59,877 nucleotides of DNA, from positions 1 to 59,877 of the forward strand of contig JAEYUX010000008.1 in the NCBI GenBank assembly GCA_023432235.1, in the 5' to 3' direction. This stretch comes from Actinomycetes bacterium (GTDB taxonomy: Bacteria; Actinomycetota; Actinomycetes; Actinomycetales; Demequinaceae). Shown here one piece after another: positions 36,973 through 48,200 of this stretch. The notes under the pieces were generated by a model, which saw only the letters and a program-made list of their open reading frames with translations, was not told where the DNA came from and searched no databases. The position numbers and the translations under genes were made by a program. Position 1 is the stretch's first letter. Every line of letters starts with the position of its first letter.

Positions 36973-37581
36973 ATGCCTACGCCCCCTAAGGGTCCGCGCC
37001 TCGGCGGCGGTCCCGCTCACGAGCGCCACATCCTGGCTAACCTCGCACAGTCGCTCTTTGAGCACGGTCGCATCACCACCACGGAGACCAAGGCCAAGCG
37101 CCTTCGTCCCTACGCGGAGCGCCTCATCACCTTCGCCAAGCGCGGAGACCTCGCCTCGCGTCGTCGCGTGCTGGGTGTGATTTCGGATAAGGGTGTCGTG
37201 CACACCTTGTTCACCGAGATCGGCCCCGGCTTTGCCGAGCGCGAGGGTGGCTACACCCGCATCACCAAGATCGGTCCCCGTAAGGGCGACAACGCCCCGA
37301 TGGCCGTGATCGAGTTGGTCGAGTTCGGTGCTCCCGCCAAGAAGGCCGTCAAGGCCGAGGCGGAGAAGGCGACCAAGAAGGCCGCTGCGAAGCCCGCCGC
37401 TGAGAAGGCCGCGAAGGCCGACGAGGCCAAGGCCGACAAGGCTGAAGAGGCCGCCGCAGCCGACGAGACTGTCGACGAGGCTCCCGAGCCTGAGACCCAG
37501 GTCACGCAGGTCGAAGGCGAGCACTCGGAGGACCCCGCTGAGGGTGCCGACGACGAGTCCGCCGAGGCGAGCGACAAGTAA
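36973..37581 (+). CDS. rplQ: 50S ribosomal protein L17 with Ala/Lys then acidic C-terminal extension
   Basis: [26 protein letters not shown]. Confidence 0.97.
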   Translation: MPTPPKGPRLGGGPAHERHILANLAQSLFEHGRITTTETKAKRLRPYAERLITFAKRGDLASRRRVLGVISDKGVVHTLFTEIGPGFAEREGGYTRITKIGPRKGDNAPMAVIELVEFGAPAKKAVKAEAEKATKKAAAKPAAEKAAKADEAKADKAEEAAAADETVDEAPEPETQVTQVEGEHSEDPAEGADDESAEASDK

Positions 37582-37623
37582 CGAAAGCGTCGGCGCTCGC
37601 GCCACGCGACAAGGCGGGTTCTT

Positions 37624-38559
37624 ATGACCGAGCTGGATTCCGGCCAGGTTGTAAGGGCCCGCCTTGACTTTTCTTATGACGGTTCCGAGTTTTCCGGCTG
37701 GGCCGCCCAGCCCGGATTGCGAACTGTGCAGGACACTCTCGAGGCGGCGCTTCGGCAGGTTGTGCGAACGGCTGACGGCGAGGGCCTCAGTGAGCACCAG
37801 TCCCGCGTCACGGTGGCGGGCCGTACCGACGCTGGCGTCCACGCCCGCGGACAAGTCGCGCACGTCGACATTCCAATCGCCGCGTGGCAGCGACTGCCTG
37901 GCCGCACCGACCGCTCGGAGTCGGAGGCGCTGAGGGCACGACTCACAGGCGTGCTGCCGGCCGACATTGTTGTGCGGGAGGTGTCACGAGCGGCACCCGG
38001 CTTTGATGCCCGCTTCTCTGCCACACAGCGCCGGTATGCCTATCGGTTGTGCGACGACCCCGCCCTTCGCGACCCGTTGACGCGCCACCACGTTGTGTGG
38101 CACGACAAACCGCTTGATGTCGACATCCTCAATGGGGCGTCGGCGCTGCTGACCGGCCTGCGCGACTTCGCCCCGTTTTGCAAGGCACGCGAGGGTGCGA
38201 CAACGATTCGTCATCTCCAGGAGTTCTCCTGGGCGCGACCCGTGGATGGCCCCGATGCTCACCGGGTTGTCGCAACCGTGCGCGCCGATGCATTTTGCCA
38301 CTCGATGGTGCGCGGACTTGTCGGTGCGGTGCTTGCCGTGGGCGAGGGGCGTCGGGACCGGGAATGGCTTGCGACGATCGCGGCCGGAACCGAACGGTCT
38401 CAAGCGATCGCAGTCGCTCCGGCTCACGGTCTCACGCTTGAGGAAGTGACGTATCCGGACGACGCTGAGCTCGCCGCTCGCGCCGAGCAGACCCGTGCGC
38501 GGCGCGCCTCCTTATGCGAGGACGCGGGGGAGAACGAAGGCGTGACCCGCGCGAATTGA
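37624..38559 (+). CDS. truA: tRNA pseudouridine(38-40) synthase TruA
   Basis: YDGSEFSGW, AGRTDAGVHA, FDARFSA, AFCHSMVR. Confidence 0.96.
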   Translation: MTELDSGQVVRARLDFSYDGSEFSGWAAQPGLRTVQDTLEAALRQVVRTADGEGLSEHQSRVTVAGRTDAGVHARGQVAHVDIPIAAWQRLPGRTDRSESEALRARLTGVLPADIVVREVSRAAPGFDARFSATQRRYAYRLCDDPALRDPLTRHHVVWHDKPLDVDILNGASALLTGLRDFAPFCKAREGATTIRHLQEFSWARPVDGPDAHRVVATVRADAFCHSMVRGLVGAVLAVGEGRRDREWLATIAAGTERSQAIAVAPAHGLTLEEVTYPDDAELAARAEQTRARRASLCEDAGENEGVTRAN

Positions 38560-38585
38560 CCGTGTGCCAAGCACAGCGGTAGACT
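38556..38585 (+). promoter_or_regulatory. Housekeeping sigma promoter for rplM-rpsI
   Basis: TTGACC-N18-TAGACT. Confidence 0.6.
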
Positions 38586-38705
38586 TGCCGGTCGTTGTGC
38601 GTTCCCCGTGGACTGGTGTTTCCCACTCGCCGCCGCAGGACCCGCCGACCGAAACGTCGCGGTGCATTTTGTACCGCATACCGACTCTGAGTAGAAGGCT
38701 TCACA

Positions 38706-39149
38706 GTGCGTACGTATTCTCCCAAGCCGGGTGACGTGACCAAGAACTGGTACGTCATCGACGCTACTGACGTGGTTCTCGGTCGTCTGGCCTCCCAGGC
38801 TGCTGTGCTGCTTCGCGGCAAGCACAAGGCGACCTTTGCACCTCACATCGACAACGGCGACTTTGTCATCGTCATCAACGCCGAAAAGGTGGCGCTGACG
38901 GGCAACAAGCTCACCGACAAGAAGGTCTACCGCCACTCGGGCTTCCCGGGCGGCCTCAAGACCAAGCCGATCGGTGAACTCCTCGCGAGCCAGCCCACCA
39001 AGGTGATCGAGAACGCCGTCAAGGGCATGCTGCCCAAGAACAAGCTGGCAGGCGCCCAGCTGTCCAAGCTGAAGGTGTACGCGGGCCCTGATCACCCGCA
39101 TGCCGCTCAGCAGCCCAAGCCCTTTGAGATTTCCCAGGTCGCGCAGTAA
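38706..39149 (+). CDS. rplM: 50S ribosomal protein L13
   Basis: [27 protein letters not shown]. Confidence 0.99.
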   Translation: MRTYSPKPGDVTKNWYVIDATDVVLGRLASQAAVLLRGKHKATFAPHIDNGDFVIVINAEKVALTGNKLTDKKVYRHSGFPGGLKTKPIGELLASQPTKVIENAVKGMLPKNKLAGAQLSKLKVYAGPDHPHAAQQPKPFEISQVAQ

Positions 39150-39172
39150 GCGCCCGCAGAAGGATTGAACAG

Positions 39173-39646
39173 ATGACTGACGTCACCGCTGAGAACGAGA
39201 TTCCCACCGAGTACACCACTGAGACCGCGCCTGTGCGTGGCAAGGGTGCCTCGGACATTGCCCCCGGCGCCGGCCTTGGCCGTCGCAAGGAGGCTGTCGC
39301 CCGCGTTCGCCTGGTGCCCGGCACCGGCAAGTGGACCATCAATGGCCGCACGCTCGAGGACTACTTCCCCAACAAGGTGCACCAGCAGCTCGTGAACTCG
39401 CCGTTTGCTCTGCTCGACATCGAGGAGAAGTTCGACGTCCACGCGCGCATCCACGGTGGTGGCCCCTCGGGTCAGGCCGGTGCGCTGCGCCTCGGCGTTG
39501 CGCGCGCGCTCAATGCCATTGACGCCGAGCACAACCGCGGTTCGCTGAAGAAGGCTGGCTTCCTCACGCGTGACGCGCGTGTGGTCGAGCGCAAGAAGGC
39601 TGGTCTCAAGAAGGCCCGCCGCGCTCCTCAGTACTCGAAGCGTTAA
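39173..39646 (+). CDS. rpsI: 30S ribosomal protein S9
   Basis: [25 protein letters not shown]. Confidence 0.99.
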   Translation: MTDVTAENEIPTEYTTETAPVRGKGASDIAPGAGLGRRKEAVARVRLVPGTGKWTINGRTLEDYFPNKVHQQLVNSPFALLDIEEKFDVHARIHGGGPSGQAGALRLGVARALNAIDAEHNRGSLKKAGFLTRDARVVERKKAGLKKARRAPQYSKR

Positions 39647-39661
39647 TCGAGGTCAGCGCGC

Positions 39662-41023
39662 ATGGCGCGACTGTTTGGCACGGACGGAGTCCGTGGACTG
39701 GCCAACCGCGACATCACGGCCGAGCTTGCGCTCAGCCTGTCGGTTGCGGCTGCCCATGTACTCGCCGAACGTGGTGAGTTCTCCGGACATCGCCCCCGCG
39801 CCGTCCTCGGCCGTGATACCCGACTGTCAGGCCAGTTCCTTTCGTCCGCTGTGGCGGCAGGTCTCGCCTCGGCAGGCGTTGATGTACTCGACGCCGGCGT
39901 CCTCCCGACGCCGGCTGTCGCGTATCTGACGGGAGCGATCGACGCCGACCTCGGCGTTGTCATCTCCGCATCACATAACGCGATGCCGGACAACGGCATC
40001 AAGTTCTTTGCGCGCGGCGGTGTGAAACTGCCCGACGCCGTCGAGGATGCAATCGAAGAGCGCCTCAACGAGGAATGGGATCGCCCGGTGGGCGAAGCCG
40101 TCGGTGAGATCACTGACGCGAGCCACCTGGCCGCCGACTATCTGGCCCACCTCGAGAAGGCCGTCACCGAGTTTGCTGGCCGCGCGACGCCGCTCGCGGG
40201 CCTCACCGTGGTTGTCGACGGTGCCCACGGGGCGGCTTCACAGATTGGCCCGGCCGCTCTTGAGGCCGCGGGTGCCACCGTCATCCGCCTTCACTGCGAG
40301 CCGGACGGTCGCAACATCAACCTGAACGCCGGGTCCACTCACATGGGCGCGCTGCAGGCTGCAGTTGTCGAGCACGAGGCCGATATGGGCGTGGCCTATG
40401 ACGGCGACGCCGACCGTTGTTTGGCCGTGGACGCCGCAGGCGCCATCATCAACGGGGACCACATCATGGGTCTGCTTGCCGTGGCGATGCGCGACAACGA
40501 CACGCTCTATCACGACACCCTGGTGGCCACCGTCATGTCGAACCTGGGACTCCACCACGCGATGCGCCGCGAGAACATCGACATTGTCGAGACGGCGGTG
40601 GGGGATCGCTACGTGCTCGAGGCAATGCGCGAAGGTGGGTACACCCTTGGTGGCGAGCAATCGGGGCACATCATCGTGTCTCGCTACGCGACGACGGGCG
40701 ACGGCGTGTTGACGTCGCTCTTGCTCGGCTCCCTCGCGTCATCGAATACTTCGCTCGCTGATCTGCTCGCCGGCGTCGAGACCCTGCCCCAGGTGCTGAT
40801 CAACGTGGGCGGAGTGGACCGATCGCGCGTCCACACGGACCCCGAGCTTGCTGACGCCCTCACGGCGGTGCGCGATGAACTCGGCGACGGCGGCCGCGTC
40901 CTGCTCCGAGCGTCGGGCACTGAACCGCTCGTCCGCGTCATGGTGGAGGCCGGCACGCACGAGGACGCCGAACGTCACGCCAATGCACTTGCAGAGGTTG
41001 TCGCACGGCGGCTCGCTCTCTAG
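39662..41023 (+). CDS. glmM: Phosphoglucosamine mutase
   Basis: FGTDGVRG, ISASHN, DGDADR, GGEQSGH, RASGTEP. Confidence 0.97.
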   Translation: MARLFGTDGVRGLANRDITAELALSLSVAAAHVLAERGEFSGHRPRAVLGRDTRLSGQFLSSAVAAGLASAGVDVLDAGVLPTPAVAYLTGAIDADLGVVISASHNAMPDNGIKFFARGGVKLPDAVEDAIEERLNEEWDRPVGEAVGEITDASHLAADYLAHLEKAVTEFAGRATPLAGLTVVVDGAHGAASQIGPAALEAAGATVIRLHCEPDGRNINLNAGSTHMGALQAAVVEHEADMGVAYDGDADRCLAVDAAGAIINGDHIMGLLAVAMRDNDTLYHDTLVATVMSNLGLHHAMRRENIDIVETAVGDRYVLEAMREGGYTLGGEQSGHIIVSRYATTGDGVLTSLLLGSLASSNTSLADLLAGVETLPQVLINVGGVDRSRVHTDPELADALTAVRDELGDGGRVLLRASGTEPLVRVMVEAGTHEDAERHANALAEVVARRLAL

Positions 41024-41064
41024 CGTTCGTGTGCCGCGCGCACCGCGCCACCTAGACTGGCCCG

Positions 41065-41835
41065 GTGAGCGACATATGGGACTGGATCACCCACCTTTCG
41101 GAATACGTCGAGAGCGGCATTCTCGATCTCGTTGAGTCGTGGTGGATATATCCCGCGATCTGGGCGGTCTCCCTCATCGACGGCGTCTTTCCTGTGGTGC
41201 CGAGCGAATCGTCGGTCATTGCGGCGGCGTCGGCCTGGCAAGCCGTGGGCAAGCCGATCCTCCCGCTCGTCTTTGTTGCGGCCGCGCTTGGTGCGTGGTG
41301 TGGCGACCAGTTGACGTACACGATCGGCACGAAGGTCGACATCCGCAAACACCGCTTCTTTCATCGCCCGCGCGTCATTGCCGCGCTTGACTGGGCTGAG
41401 CACGCGTTGGAGCATCGCGGGACGCTCTACATCATTGCCGCTCGCTTTATCCCGATGGGCCGCGTTGCGGTCAACCTCAGCGCAGGAGCGCTCCGCTTCC
41501 CCCGCCGACGCTTCATGGGCGTCGATGCAATCGCCGTCACCATTTGGGCGGCGTGGGGTATTGGCATCGGCACGGTGGCGGGAAGCTTCCTCGGCGACAA
41601 CCTGCTCCTGTCGATCGTTGTCGGCATCACGGGCGGTGTTCTCCTCGGCATTGCGGTTGACCGCGTGCTCTCACTCTTTGGCCTCACTGCGCCTTCCCTC
41701 CCCGACGTGCGCGAGCGCCTTGACGTGGACGAGGAAGACGAGCCCGGCACTCATCAAGAGGGCGGCACTCATGAAGAGGGCGGCGCCGACGAGGGGACGG
41801 TCGCCCCGCAGAAGTCAGATGTTGATGAGGCATGA
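41065..41835 (+). CDS. DedA family membrane protein
   Basis: PVVPSE, GDQLTYTIG, ARFIPMGR motifs; acidic C-terminal tail. Confidence 0.9.
   Translation: MSDIWDWITHLSEYVESGILDLVESWWIYPAIWAVSLIDGVFPVVPSESSVIAAASAWQAVGKPILPLVFVAAALGAWCGDQLTYTIGTKVDIRKHRFFHRPRVIAALDWAEHALEHRGTLYIIAARFIPMGRVAVNLSAGALRFPRRRFMGVDAIAVTIWAAWGIGIGTVAGSFLGDNLLLSIVVGITGGVLLGIAVDRVLSLFGLTAPSLPDVRERLDVDEEDEPGTHQEGGTHEEGGADEGTVAPQKSDVDEA
41746..41781 (+). repeat. 18-bp tandem duplication in the DedA tail (GTHQEG/GTHEEG)
   Basis: GGCACTCATCAAGAGGGC followed by GGCACTCATGAAGAGGGC. Confidence 0.8.
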
Positions 41836-42731
41836 CGGACAACCCGTTTGGCGTTGACGGCATCGTTGATGGCGTCGATATCGACTGGACGGACGCTCGT
41901 CGTGCGAACCTCGCCAACTGGGAAGACCGTGTCCCTCTCCACGTGGATGCGTACAACCTCGCAGCGCTCCGCGATGACCCTCAGCATCTGAGCCAGGTCG
42001 TCACCGATGATCTTCCCGTCATGACCTCGCACCTGCCGACGGGCTCTCTTAAGGGCATGGACCTGTGCCACCTGCAATGCCACATCGGCACGGACACCGT
42101 CTCGCTTGCCCGAGCAGGTGCCACGGTGACGGGAGTCGATTTCTCTCCCTCTGCGCTTGTGGCAGCCCGTGAGCTCGCCGCAGAACTGGGGATCGACGCG
42201 CGATTCGTCGAGGGCGATGTGCTGGATGCGCGTGCGCTCGTAGACGCGCAACTCGGGGCCGACGTGGCCTTCGACGTGGTCTACACGAGCATCGGCACCA
42301 TTTCGTGGCTCAGCGACCTCGACCGGTGGGGCGCCCAGGTGGCCGCCCTCCTCAAGCCCGGTGGCCTCTTCTACTTCCGTGACGCGCACCCGTTCCTCTT
42401 TGCGCTCGACGATGACGCGCCCGATTTGAGAGTGAAGTACCGCTACTTTGGCGATGGCCGTGCCCTTGCGTGGGATGACGACAGCACGTATGTGGGCGAC
42501 GGGAAGCTCGAGCACACGACCACCTTTGAATGGCCGCATCCAGTGTCCGAGATCGTCTCAGTGCTCTTGCGCCACGGGCTCCAACTGGTGGCTCTTCATG
42601 AGGGCACCACATTGCCGTGGAAGTTCATGGAGCGCATGGAGGAACTGCCGGACGGGAACTTTGCGTTCCCCGGTGACGAGCGCGACAAGATGCCATGCAC
42701 GATCACCGTGGTGGCCCGCAAGCCGCTATAG
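41832..42731 (+). CDS. Class I SAM-dependent methyltransferase
   Basis: HLQCHIGTDT motif I variant, VTGVDFS, FDVVYTSIG, LKPGG. Confidence 0.88.
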   Translation: MTDNPFGVDGIVDGVDIDWTDARRANLANWEDRVPLHVDAYNLAALRDDPQHLSQVVTDDLPVMTSHLPTGSLKGMDLCHLQCHIGTDTVSLARAGATVTGVDFSPSALVAARELAAELGIDARFVEGDVLDARALVDAQLGADVAFDVVYTSIGTISWLSDLDRWGAQVAALLKPGGLFYFRDAHPFLFALDDDAPDLRVKYRYFGDGRALAWDDDSTYVGDGKLEHTTTFEWPHPVSEIVSVLLRHGLQLVALHEGTTLPWKFMERMEELPDGNFAFPGDERDKMPCTITVVARKPL

Positions 42732-43679
42732 CTTGCGCATATGGACGGCTTCAACCGCGTGGTCCGCGCCTTTGCGCAAGATGATCGTGGCTCGCGACCG
42801 CGTGGGCGCGATGTTGCGCTCAAGGTTGGGCGCGTTGATCGTGTCCCAGATGTGACCGGCGCGAGCGATGGCCTGCTCGTCTGTCAGATCCGCGTAGTGC
42901 CGGAAGTAACTGTCGGGACGCGAGAACGCGCCCGCGCGAAGTGACAAGAAGCGGTCGATGTACCACTGGCGCACTGCCGCCTTGTCCGCATCGACGTAGA
43001 TCGACAGGTCGAAGTAGTCAGACACTGCAGGTGCGGTCGCATCGAGACCGCGCACTCCCGCGGGCTGAAGCACGTTGAGGCCCTCGACGATGAGCACATC
43101 CGGCCCCCGCACCACGATCGACTCGTCGGGCACGATGTCGTACGTCACGTGCGAATAGACAGGGGCGCGCACCTCATCGACGCCCGATTTCACCGCCGCG
43201 ATGAACTCGCGCAGTGCGCGTCGGTCATATGACTCGGGAAAGCCTTTGCGGGACATGAGGCCGCGCTGCTCGAGAACGGCGTTGGGGAACAGGAAGCCGT
43301 CCGTGGTGACGAGTTCGACCCGCGGAGACGCAGGGCCACGAGCAAGCATTTCTCGAAGCACGCGCGCAGTGGTCGACTTGCCGACGGCCACCGAGCCTGC
43401 GATGCCGACAACAAAGGGGGTACGGGTTGCGCGCTCTTGCAGGAACGCGCTGGTGGCCTCGTGAAGGCCGCCAACGGCCTCCGAGTACAAGGTGAGGAGC
43501 CGCGCAAGCGGGCGGTAGATCTGATCCACCTCGGTGAGATCGATGGGATCGCCCAGGCCGCGCACCCGCCGCACATCGTCGGCAGTGAGCGGCAAGGGGG
43601 TCGTATCAGCGAGCGCCGACCATGCCGCGCGCGTGAACGTCCTGAACGGCGTGGCCGCCTGTTCGTCGGTACTCGTCAC
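42726..43679 (-). CDS. coaA: Type I pantothenate kinase
   Basis: GIAGSVAVGKSTTAR, TTDGFL, KGFPESYD, EGLNVLQ; start trimmed to GTG 43679. Confidence 0.95.
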   Translation of the reverse strand: MTSTDEQAATPFRTFTRAAWSALADTTPLPLTADDVRRVRGLGDPIDLTEVDQIYRPLARLLTLYSEAVGGLHEATSAFLQERATRTPFVVGIAGSVAVGKSTTARVLREMLARGPASPRVELVTTDGFLFPNAVLEQRGLMSRKGFPESYDRRALREFIAAVKSGVDEVRAPVYSHVTYDIVPDESIVVRGPDVLIVEGLNVLQPAGVRGLDATAPAVSDYFDLSIYVDADKAAVRQWYIDRFLSLRAGAFSRPDSYFRHYADLTDEQAIARAGHIWDTINAPNLERNIAPTRSRATIILRKGADHAVEAVHMRKL

Positions 43680-43755
43680 CTCGCTATTGTCGCGCACACT
43701 CCCCAGTGACCCGCACGGGCACACTCTCGACAGGACGAGAACTAGACTGCCTTGC

Positions 43756-45621
43756 ATGTGTGGAATCGTTGGATACGTCGGCGCGGGTGGATTGAGTGCG
43801 CGCGCAGAGGGCGTTGTCATGGGTGGCCTTGAGCGCCTTGAGTACCGCGGATACGACTCGGCAGGCATTGCCGTCGTCACCGAAGACAAGGAACGGCTTG
43901 CCGTCAGCAAGAAGGCCGGAAAGCTGAGCAACCTGGCGAAGCTCTTGGCGGAAGCGCCGCTGCCGCCCGGCACTGCGGCTATTGGACACACGCGGTGGGC
44001 GACCCACGGCGGTCCGACAGACTCAAACGCGCACCCCCATGTCGCAGCGGGCGGGCGCATCGCGATCATTCACAACGGCATCATCGAGAACTTCGCGTCC
44101 TTGCGTAAGGAACTCGTCGCGCAGGGAGTCATCTTCTACTCGGAGACGGATACCGAGGTGGCCGGTCACCTTGTGGCGCGCTATGTCGACGATGGCCTCA
44201 GCCTGGCCGACGCGATGCGCGCCGTCGCCGGACGCCTCGAGGGCGCCTTCACTCTCCTCGCCGTCGATGCGCGCGAGCCTCATGTTGTGGTCGGTACCCG
44301 CCGCAACTCTCCGCTCGTGGTCGGACTTGGCGAGGGTGAAAACTTCTTGGGCTCTGACGTCGTCGCGTTCATCGAACACACGCGGACCGCACTTGAACTC
44401 GATCAGGACGAAGTTGTTGAGATCAGGCCCGACGGTGTGCGGGTGACGAATCTCGCCGGTGAGGAAGTGAGCCGCGAGCCGTATGAAGTGACGTGGGACG
44501 CGTCGGCCGCACAAAAGGGTGGCTTTGCGACGTTCATGGACAAGGAAATCCATGACCAGCCCGCTGCCGTCGCCGACACCCTCCGTGGCCGCCTCGACGA
44601 GCAAGGCCACCTCACCCTCGATGAGGGCATCGTGGCCGAGTCGGTGCTCGCCGCGATCGACAAGATCATCATCATTGCCTGCGGCACCGCGGCGTACGCC
44701 GGCATGGTCGCCAAGTACGCGATTGAGCACTGGACCCGTGTTCCGGTCGAGGTCGAGTTGGCTCACGAGTTCCGTTACCGCGACCCCGTTCTGTCGGTGA
44801 AGACCCTCGTTGTCGCGGTGAGCCAGTCGGGCGAAACGATGGACACGATCATGGCGGTGCGTCACGCGCAGCAACAGGGTTCACCGGTTGTCGCGATCGT
44901 CAATGTGCAGGGTTCGACCATCGCTCGCGAGGCCGACGCTGTGCTCTACACACGCGCAGGGCCGGAGATCGCGGTCGCCTCCACCAAGGCGTTCCTCGCG
45001 CAGATCACTGCGTCGTACCTTCTCGGGATCTATCTCGCGCAATTGCGCGGCAACAAGTTCCCCGATGAGATCTCCGCACTGCTCACCCAACTTGACGAGA
45101 TGCCCGCAAAAATCCAGCGGGTGCTCGATGAAGCGGAGCCCGTCCGTGCACTTGCGCGCGGGATGGCGAATGAGAAGACCGTCTTGTTCCTCGGCCGTCA
45201 CATCGGTTACCCCGTGGCGCTCGAAGGAGCACTCAAGCTCAAGGAACTCGCGTACATCCACGCGGAGGGATTTGCAGCAGGCGAGTTGAAGCACGGCCCG
45301 ATCGCCCTCATCGAAGAGGGTCAGCCGGTGTTCATCGTGCTGCCCAGCCCGCGTGGCCGCGAGGTGCTCCACTCCAAGGTGATTTCGAACATTCAGGAGG
45401 TCCGCGCTCGCGGCGCTCTCACCGTGGTGATCGCGGAGGAGGGTGACGAGGAGGCGGGTCAGTTTGCCGATCACCTCATCACGGTGCCGGAGACGCCCAC
45501 CTTGCTCATGCCTCTTGTCACGGTAGTGCCGCTCCAGATCTTCGCGCATGACCTTGCAGCGGCGAAGGGCTTTGACGTGGACCAGCCACGCAACCTCGCC
45601 AAGTCCGTCACCGTGGAGTAA
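43756..45621 (+). CDS. glmS: Glutamine--fructose-6-phosphate transaminase
   Basis: [39 protein letters not shown]. Confidence 0.98.
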   Translation: MCGIVGYVGAGGLSARAEGVVMGGLERLEYRGYDSAGIAVVTEDKERLAVSKKAGKLSNLAKLLAEAPLPPGTAAIGHTRWATHGGPTDSNAHPHVAAGGRIAIIHNGIIENFASLRKELVAQGVIFYSETDTEVAGHLVARYVDDGLSLADAMRAVAGRLEGAFTLLAVDAREPHVVVGTRRNSPLVVGLGEGENFLGSDVVAFIEHTRTALELDQDEVVEIRPDGVRVTNLAGEEVSREPYEVTWDASAAQKGGFATFMDKEIHDQPAAVADTLRGRLDEQGHLTLDEGIVAESVLAAIDKIIIIACGTAAYAGMVAKYAIEHWTRVPVEVELAHEFRYRDPVLSVKTLVVAVSQSGETMDTIMAVRHAQQQGSPVVAIVNVQGSTIAREADAVLYTRAGPEIAVASTKAFLAQITASYLLGIYLAQLRGNKFPDEISALLTQLDEMPAKIQRVLDEAEPVRALARGMANEKTVLFLGRHIGYPVALEGALKLKELAYIHAEGFAAGELKHGPIALIEEGQPVFIVLPSPRGREVLHSKVISNIQEVRARGALTVVIAEEGDEEAGQFADHLITVPETPTLLMPLVTVVPLQIFAHDLAAAKGFDVDQPRNLAKSVTVE

Positions 45622-45623
45622 GC

Positions 45624-45980
45624 GTGGCCGTTGTGGGCGTGGGCATCGACGTGGTCGAACTTGAGCGTTTCGACCGCGCGGTGGAACGATCCGCTACGTT
45701 CCTCGATCGCGTCTTCACTCCTGCCGAACGCGAACTTGGGCGCAGTTCTCTCGCCGCGCGGTGGGCTGCGAAGGAGGCCCTGGCCAAGGCACTTGGCGCG
45801 CCTTCTGGCTTGGTGTGGCATGACGCCGAAGTGGTGAAGGATGCCGACGGCCGACCGCACTTTGAGATTCGCGGCTCGGTTGCGGCGCGGGCGGCCGAAT
45901 TGGGCATCAAGACGCTTCACGTGTCCTTGTCGCACGATGCGGGTATTGCCTCGGCTGTTGTGATCGCGGAGACGCCATGA
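45624..45980 (+). CDS. acpS: Holo-ACP synthase
   Basis: GVGIDVV, WAAKEA, VSLSHD. Confidence 0.95.
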   Translation: MAVVGVGIDVVELERFDRAVERSATFLDRVFTPAERELGRSSLAARWAAKEALAKALGAPSGLVWHDAEVVKDADGRPHFEIRGSVAARAAELGIKTLHVSLSHDAGIASAVVIAETP

Positions 45981-47086
45981 GTCGCCTCACCGTGGCCGTC
46001 GACCACACGGCGATCACCGCGAATGTTGCCGCGCTCGTGGGCCGCACATCCGCCGATGTGATGGCGGTAGTGAAGGCGGATGCGTATGGGCATGGCCTCG
46101 TCGCCGCCGCTGCCGCCGCACGTGCGGGTGGTGCGGCGTGGCTTGGTGTCGCGCAACCGCATGAGGCTCTCGACTTGCGCGCCGCAGGCGACACCGGTGC
46201 GATCCTCACGTGGCTTTATGGCGCCGATGACATTCCTGCACCCGATCTCCTCGAGGCGGATGTTGACGTCTCGGTCGCATCGCTCGACGTGCTCAAGACG
46301 GTGGTGGAGGCGGCGCTGAAGACCGGCCGTACGGCGCGGGTTCACATTGGGGTCGACACCGGCCTCGGGCGTGAAGGCTGTGCGATGGCCGTGCTTCCCG
46401 AACTTCTCGACGCAGTCGCCGCGAGGCAGCGCGAAGGAACGGTTGAGGCGGTGGGGATGTGGTCGCATCTTGCGTGGGCGGATCAGCCTGGCCACCCCAC
46501 CATTGACGCGCAAGCGGCAACTTTTCGCGCCGCACTCGACATGGCGTCGGCCGCGGGGCTCGACATCACTCTGCGTCATCTCGCCAACTCGGCGTGCACC
46601 CTCACTCGTCCCGATCTCCACTTTGATGTGGTGCGGCCGGGCATTGCTGTGTATGGGCTGCCGCCGGTGCCGGATCCCCAAGGTGCGAACTGGGGGCTAC
46701 GGCCCGCGATGCGCGTGACGGCGAACGTTGTCGCCATCAAGCATGCGGATGAGGGCCAGGGCGTCAGCTATGGGCACACCTACGTGACGGACAAGCCCAC
46801 CACTCTTGCGCTGGTGAGCGCGGGGTATGCGGACGGAGTGTTCCGCAGCGCGAGTAACGCCGGTCCGGTGACGATTCGCGGCCAGCGCTACACCATCGCG
46901 GGCAGGGTGTGCATGGACCAGTTTGTTGTCGACGTGGGGCTCGACGCCGCGGTTGACGTGGGCGATGAAGTGGTGCTCGTCGGACCGGACGGGCCGAGCG
47001 CGACAGAATGGGCCGACGCTGCGGGCACCATTGATTACGAGGTGGTGTGCCGCTTTGGCATCGGCCGGATGAAGGGCATCGCGTGA
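45977..47086 (+). CDS. alr: Alanine racemase
   Basis: [28 protein letters not shown]. Confidence 0.96.
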   Translation: MSRLTVAVDHTAITANVAALVGRTSADVMAVVKADAYGHGLVAAAAAARAGGAAWLGVAQPHEALDLRAAGDTGAILTWLYGADDIPAPDLLEADVDVSVASLDVLKTVVEAALKTGRTARVHIGVDTGLGREGCAMAVLPELLDAVAARQREGTVEAVGMWSHLAWADQPGHPTIDAQAATFRAALDMASAAGLDITLRHLANSACTLTRPDLHFDVVRPGIAVYGLPPVPDPQGANWGLRPAMRVTANVVAIKHADEGQGVSYGHTYVTDKPTTLALVSAGYADGVFRSASNAGPVTIRGQRYTIAGRVCMDQFVVDVGLDAAVDVGDEVVLVGPDGPSATEWADAAGTIDYEVVCRFGIGRMKGIA

Positions 47087-47598
47087 GGCACGTTGCGACT
47101 TACACCGCGTCAAGCGGTGATGAGATGCGCGCTCTCGGTGAGCGGGTGGCCCGCGTGTTGCGCGCGGGGGATCTCGTCATCCTCTCGGGTGGGCTCGGCG
47201 CCGGAAAGACTACTTTTGTCCAAGGCATCGGCGCTGGGCTGAAGGTACGGGGCCAGGTCGCGAGCCCCACCTTCATCATCGCTCGCACCCACCCGCCGCT
47301 TGCGGAGGGTCCGTGGCTCGTCCACGTCGATGCGTATCGGCTCAACTCGCTCGCCGAGCTTGACCACCTTGACCTCGACGCATCGACCGACGAGGCGGTG
47401 ACGGTGGTCGAGTGGGGAGAGGGCAAGGCTGAGGCGCTCGCGGAAGGCCACGTCCTCATCGAGATCGAACGCCCGCGAGGAGCGATCGTCGACGGGGAGG
47501 ACCCTGCCGCTGGCGACCGGGTCATCACTCTCACCACCCAGGGCGCGCAGTGGGACGATCGTTCCTGGCCCCGGGCACATGAGGAGGAGAGCGCATGA
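47083..47598 (+). CDS. tsaE: tRNA t6A biosynthesis ATPase TsaE
   Basis: GGLGAGKT, SPTF, HVDAYRL, VVEWG; GTGA overlap with alr. Confidence 0.95.
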   Translation: MRHVATYTASSGDEMRALGERVARVLRAGDLVILSGGLGAGKTTFVQGIGAGLKVRGQVASPTFIIARTHPPLAEGPWLVHVDAYRLNSLAELDHLDLDASTDEAVTVVEWGEGKAEALAEGHVLIEIERPRGAIVDGEDPAAGDRVITLTTQGAQWDDRSWPRAHEEESA

Positions 47599-48200
47599 TC
47601 GTCGCAATCGACACATCATCGGCGATCTCCGTGGCGGTGACGGATGCGACGGCGGCCGACGCTCTCGCGGCTCGGTCCGTATTCTCACCACGCGGACATG
47701 CCGAGTTGCTCGGCGATCTCGTGCGTGAGGCAATGGCCGAAGCGCATGTGGGGCGAGCGGACGTGACGACCGTTGTTGTGGGCACCGGTCCGGCACCCTT
47801 CACGGGCCTGAGGGTGGGGCTCGTCACCGCACGGATGCTCGCTCTTGCGTGGGATGTGCCATTGCTTGGGGTGTGCTCTCTCGATGCGCTGGGAGCCCAG
47901 CATCACGACGCGCTCGTTCTTGCCGACGCGAGGCGGCGCGAGGTCTATTGGGCGCGCTATCGCGCCGGAGAGCGCATCGGCGGACCCGATGTCGCGGCCC
48001 CTGCGGACGTGACGGTGGAGCCTGGCGAGCGCGTTGTCGGGCGTGGCGGCGTCCTTTACGCCGAGGCTTTCCCGGGCGCCATTGAAGCGGACCCCGACCC
48101 GCTGTGGCTCGCGCGTGAAGCGGTGCGACGCCGCGCGGCGGGCGAGGACTTGCCAACCGATCCGCTGTATCTGCGCCGGCCAGACGTCCACCAGGCATGA
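47595..48200 (+). CDS. tsaB: tRNA t6A biosynthesis protein TsaB
   Basis: AIDTS, GPAPFTGLRVG, DARRREVY, PLYLRRPD. Confidence 0.95.
   Translation: MIVAIDTSSAISVAVTDATAADALAARSVFSPRGHAELLGDLVREAMAEAHVGRADVTTVVVGTGPAPFTGLRVGLVTARMLALAWDVPLLGVCSLDALGAQHHDALVLADARRREVYWARYRAGERIGGPDVAAPADVTVEPGERVVGRGGVLYAEAFPGAIEADPDPLWLAREAVRRRAAGEDLPTDPLYLRRPDVHQA

Noticed and set aside
34918..37863. 981-aa minus-strand ORF across rpsM-rpsK-rpoA-rplQ
   Set aside because: Mirror frame of several genes that happen to stay in register; composition is that of reverse-complemented codons
43534..44069. Apparent overlap of extended coaA and glmS ORFs, and a possible glmS ribozyme
   Set aside because: GlmS must begin at Met-Cys (43756) and coaA homology starts near 43679; the 76-nt divergent spacer is too short for a ribozyme
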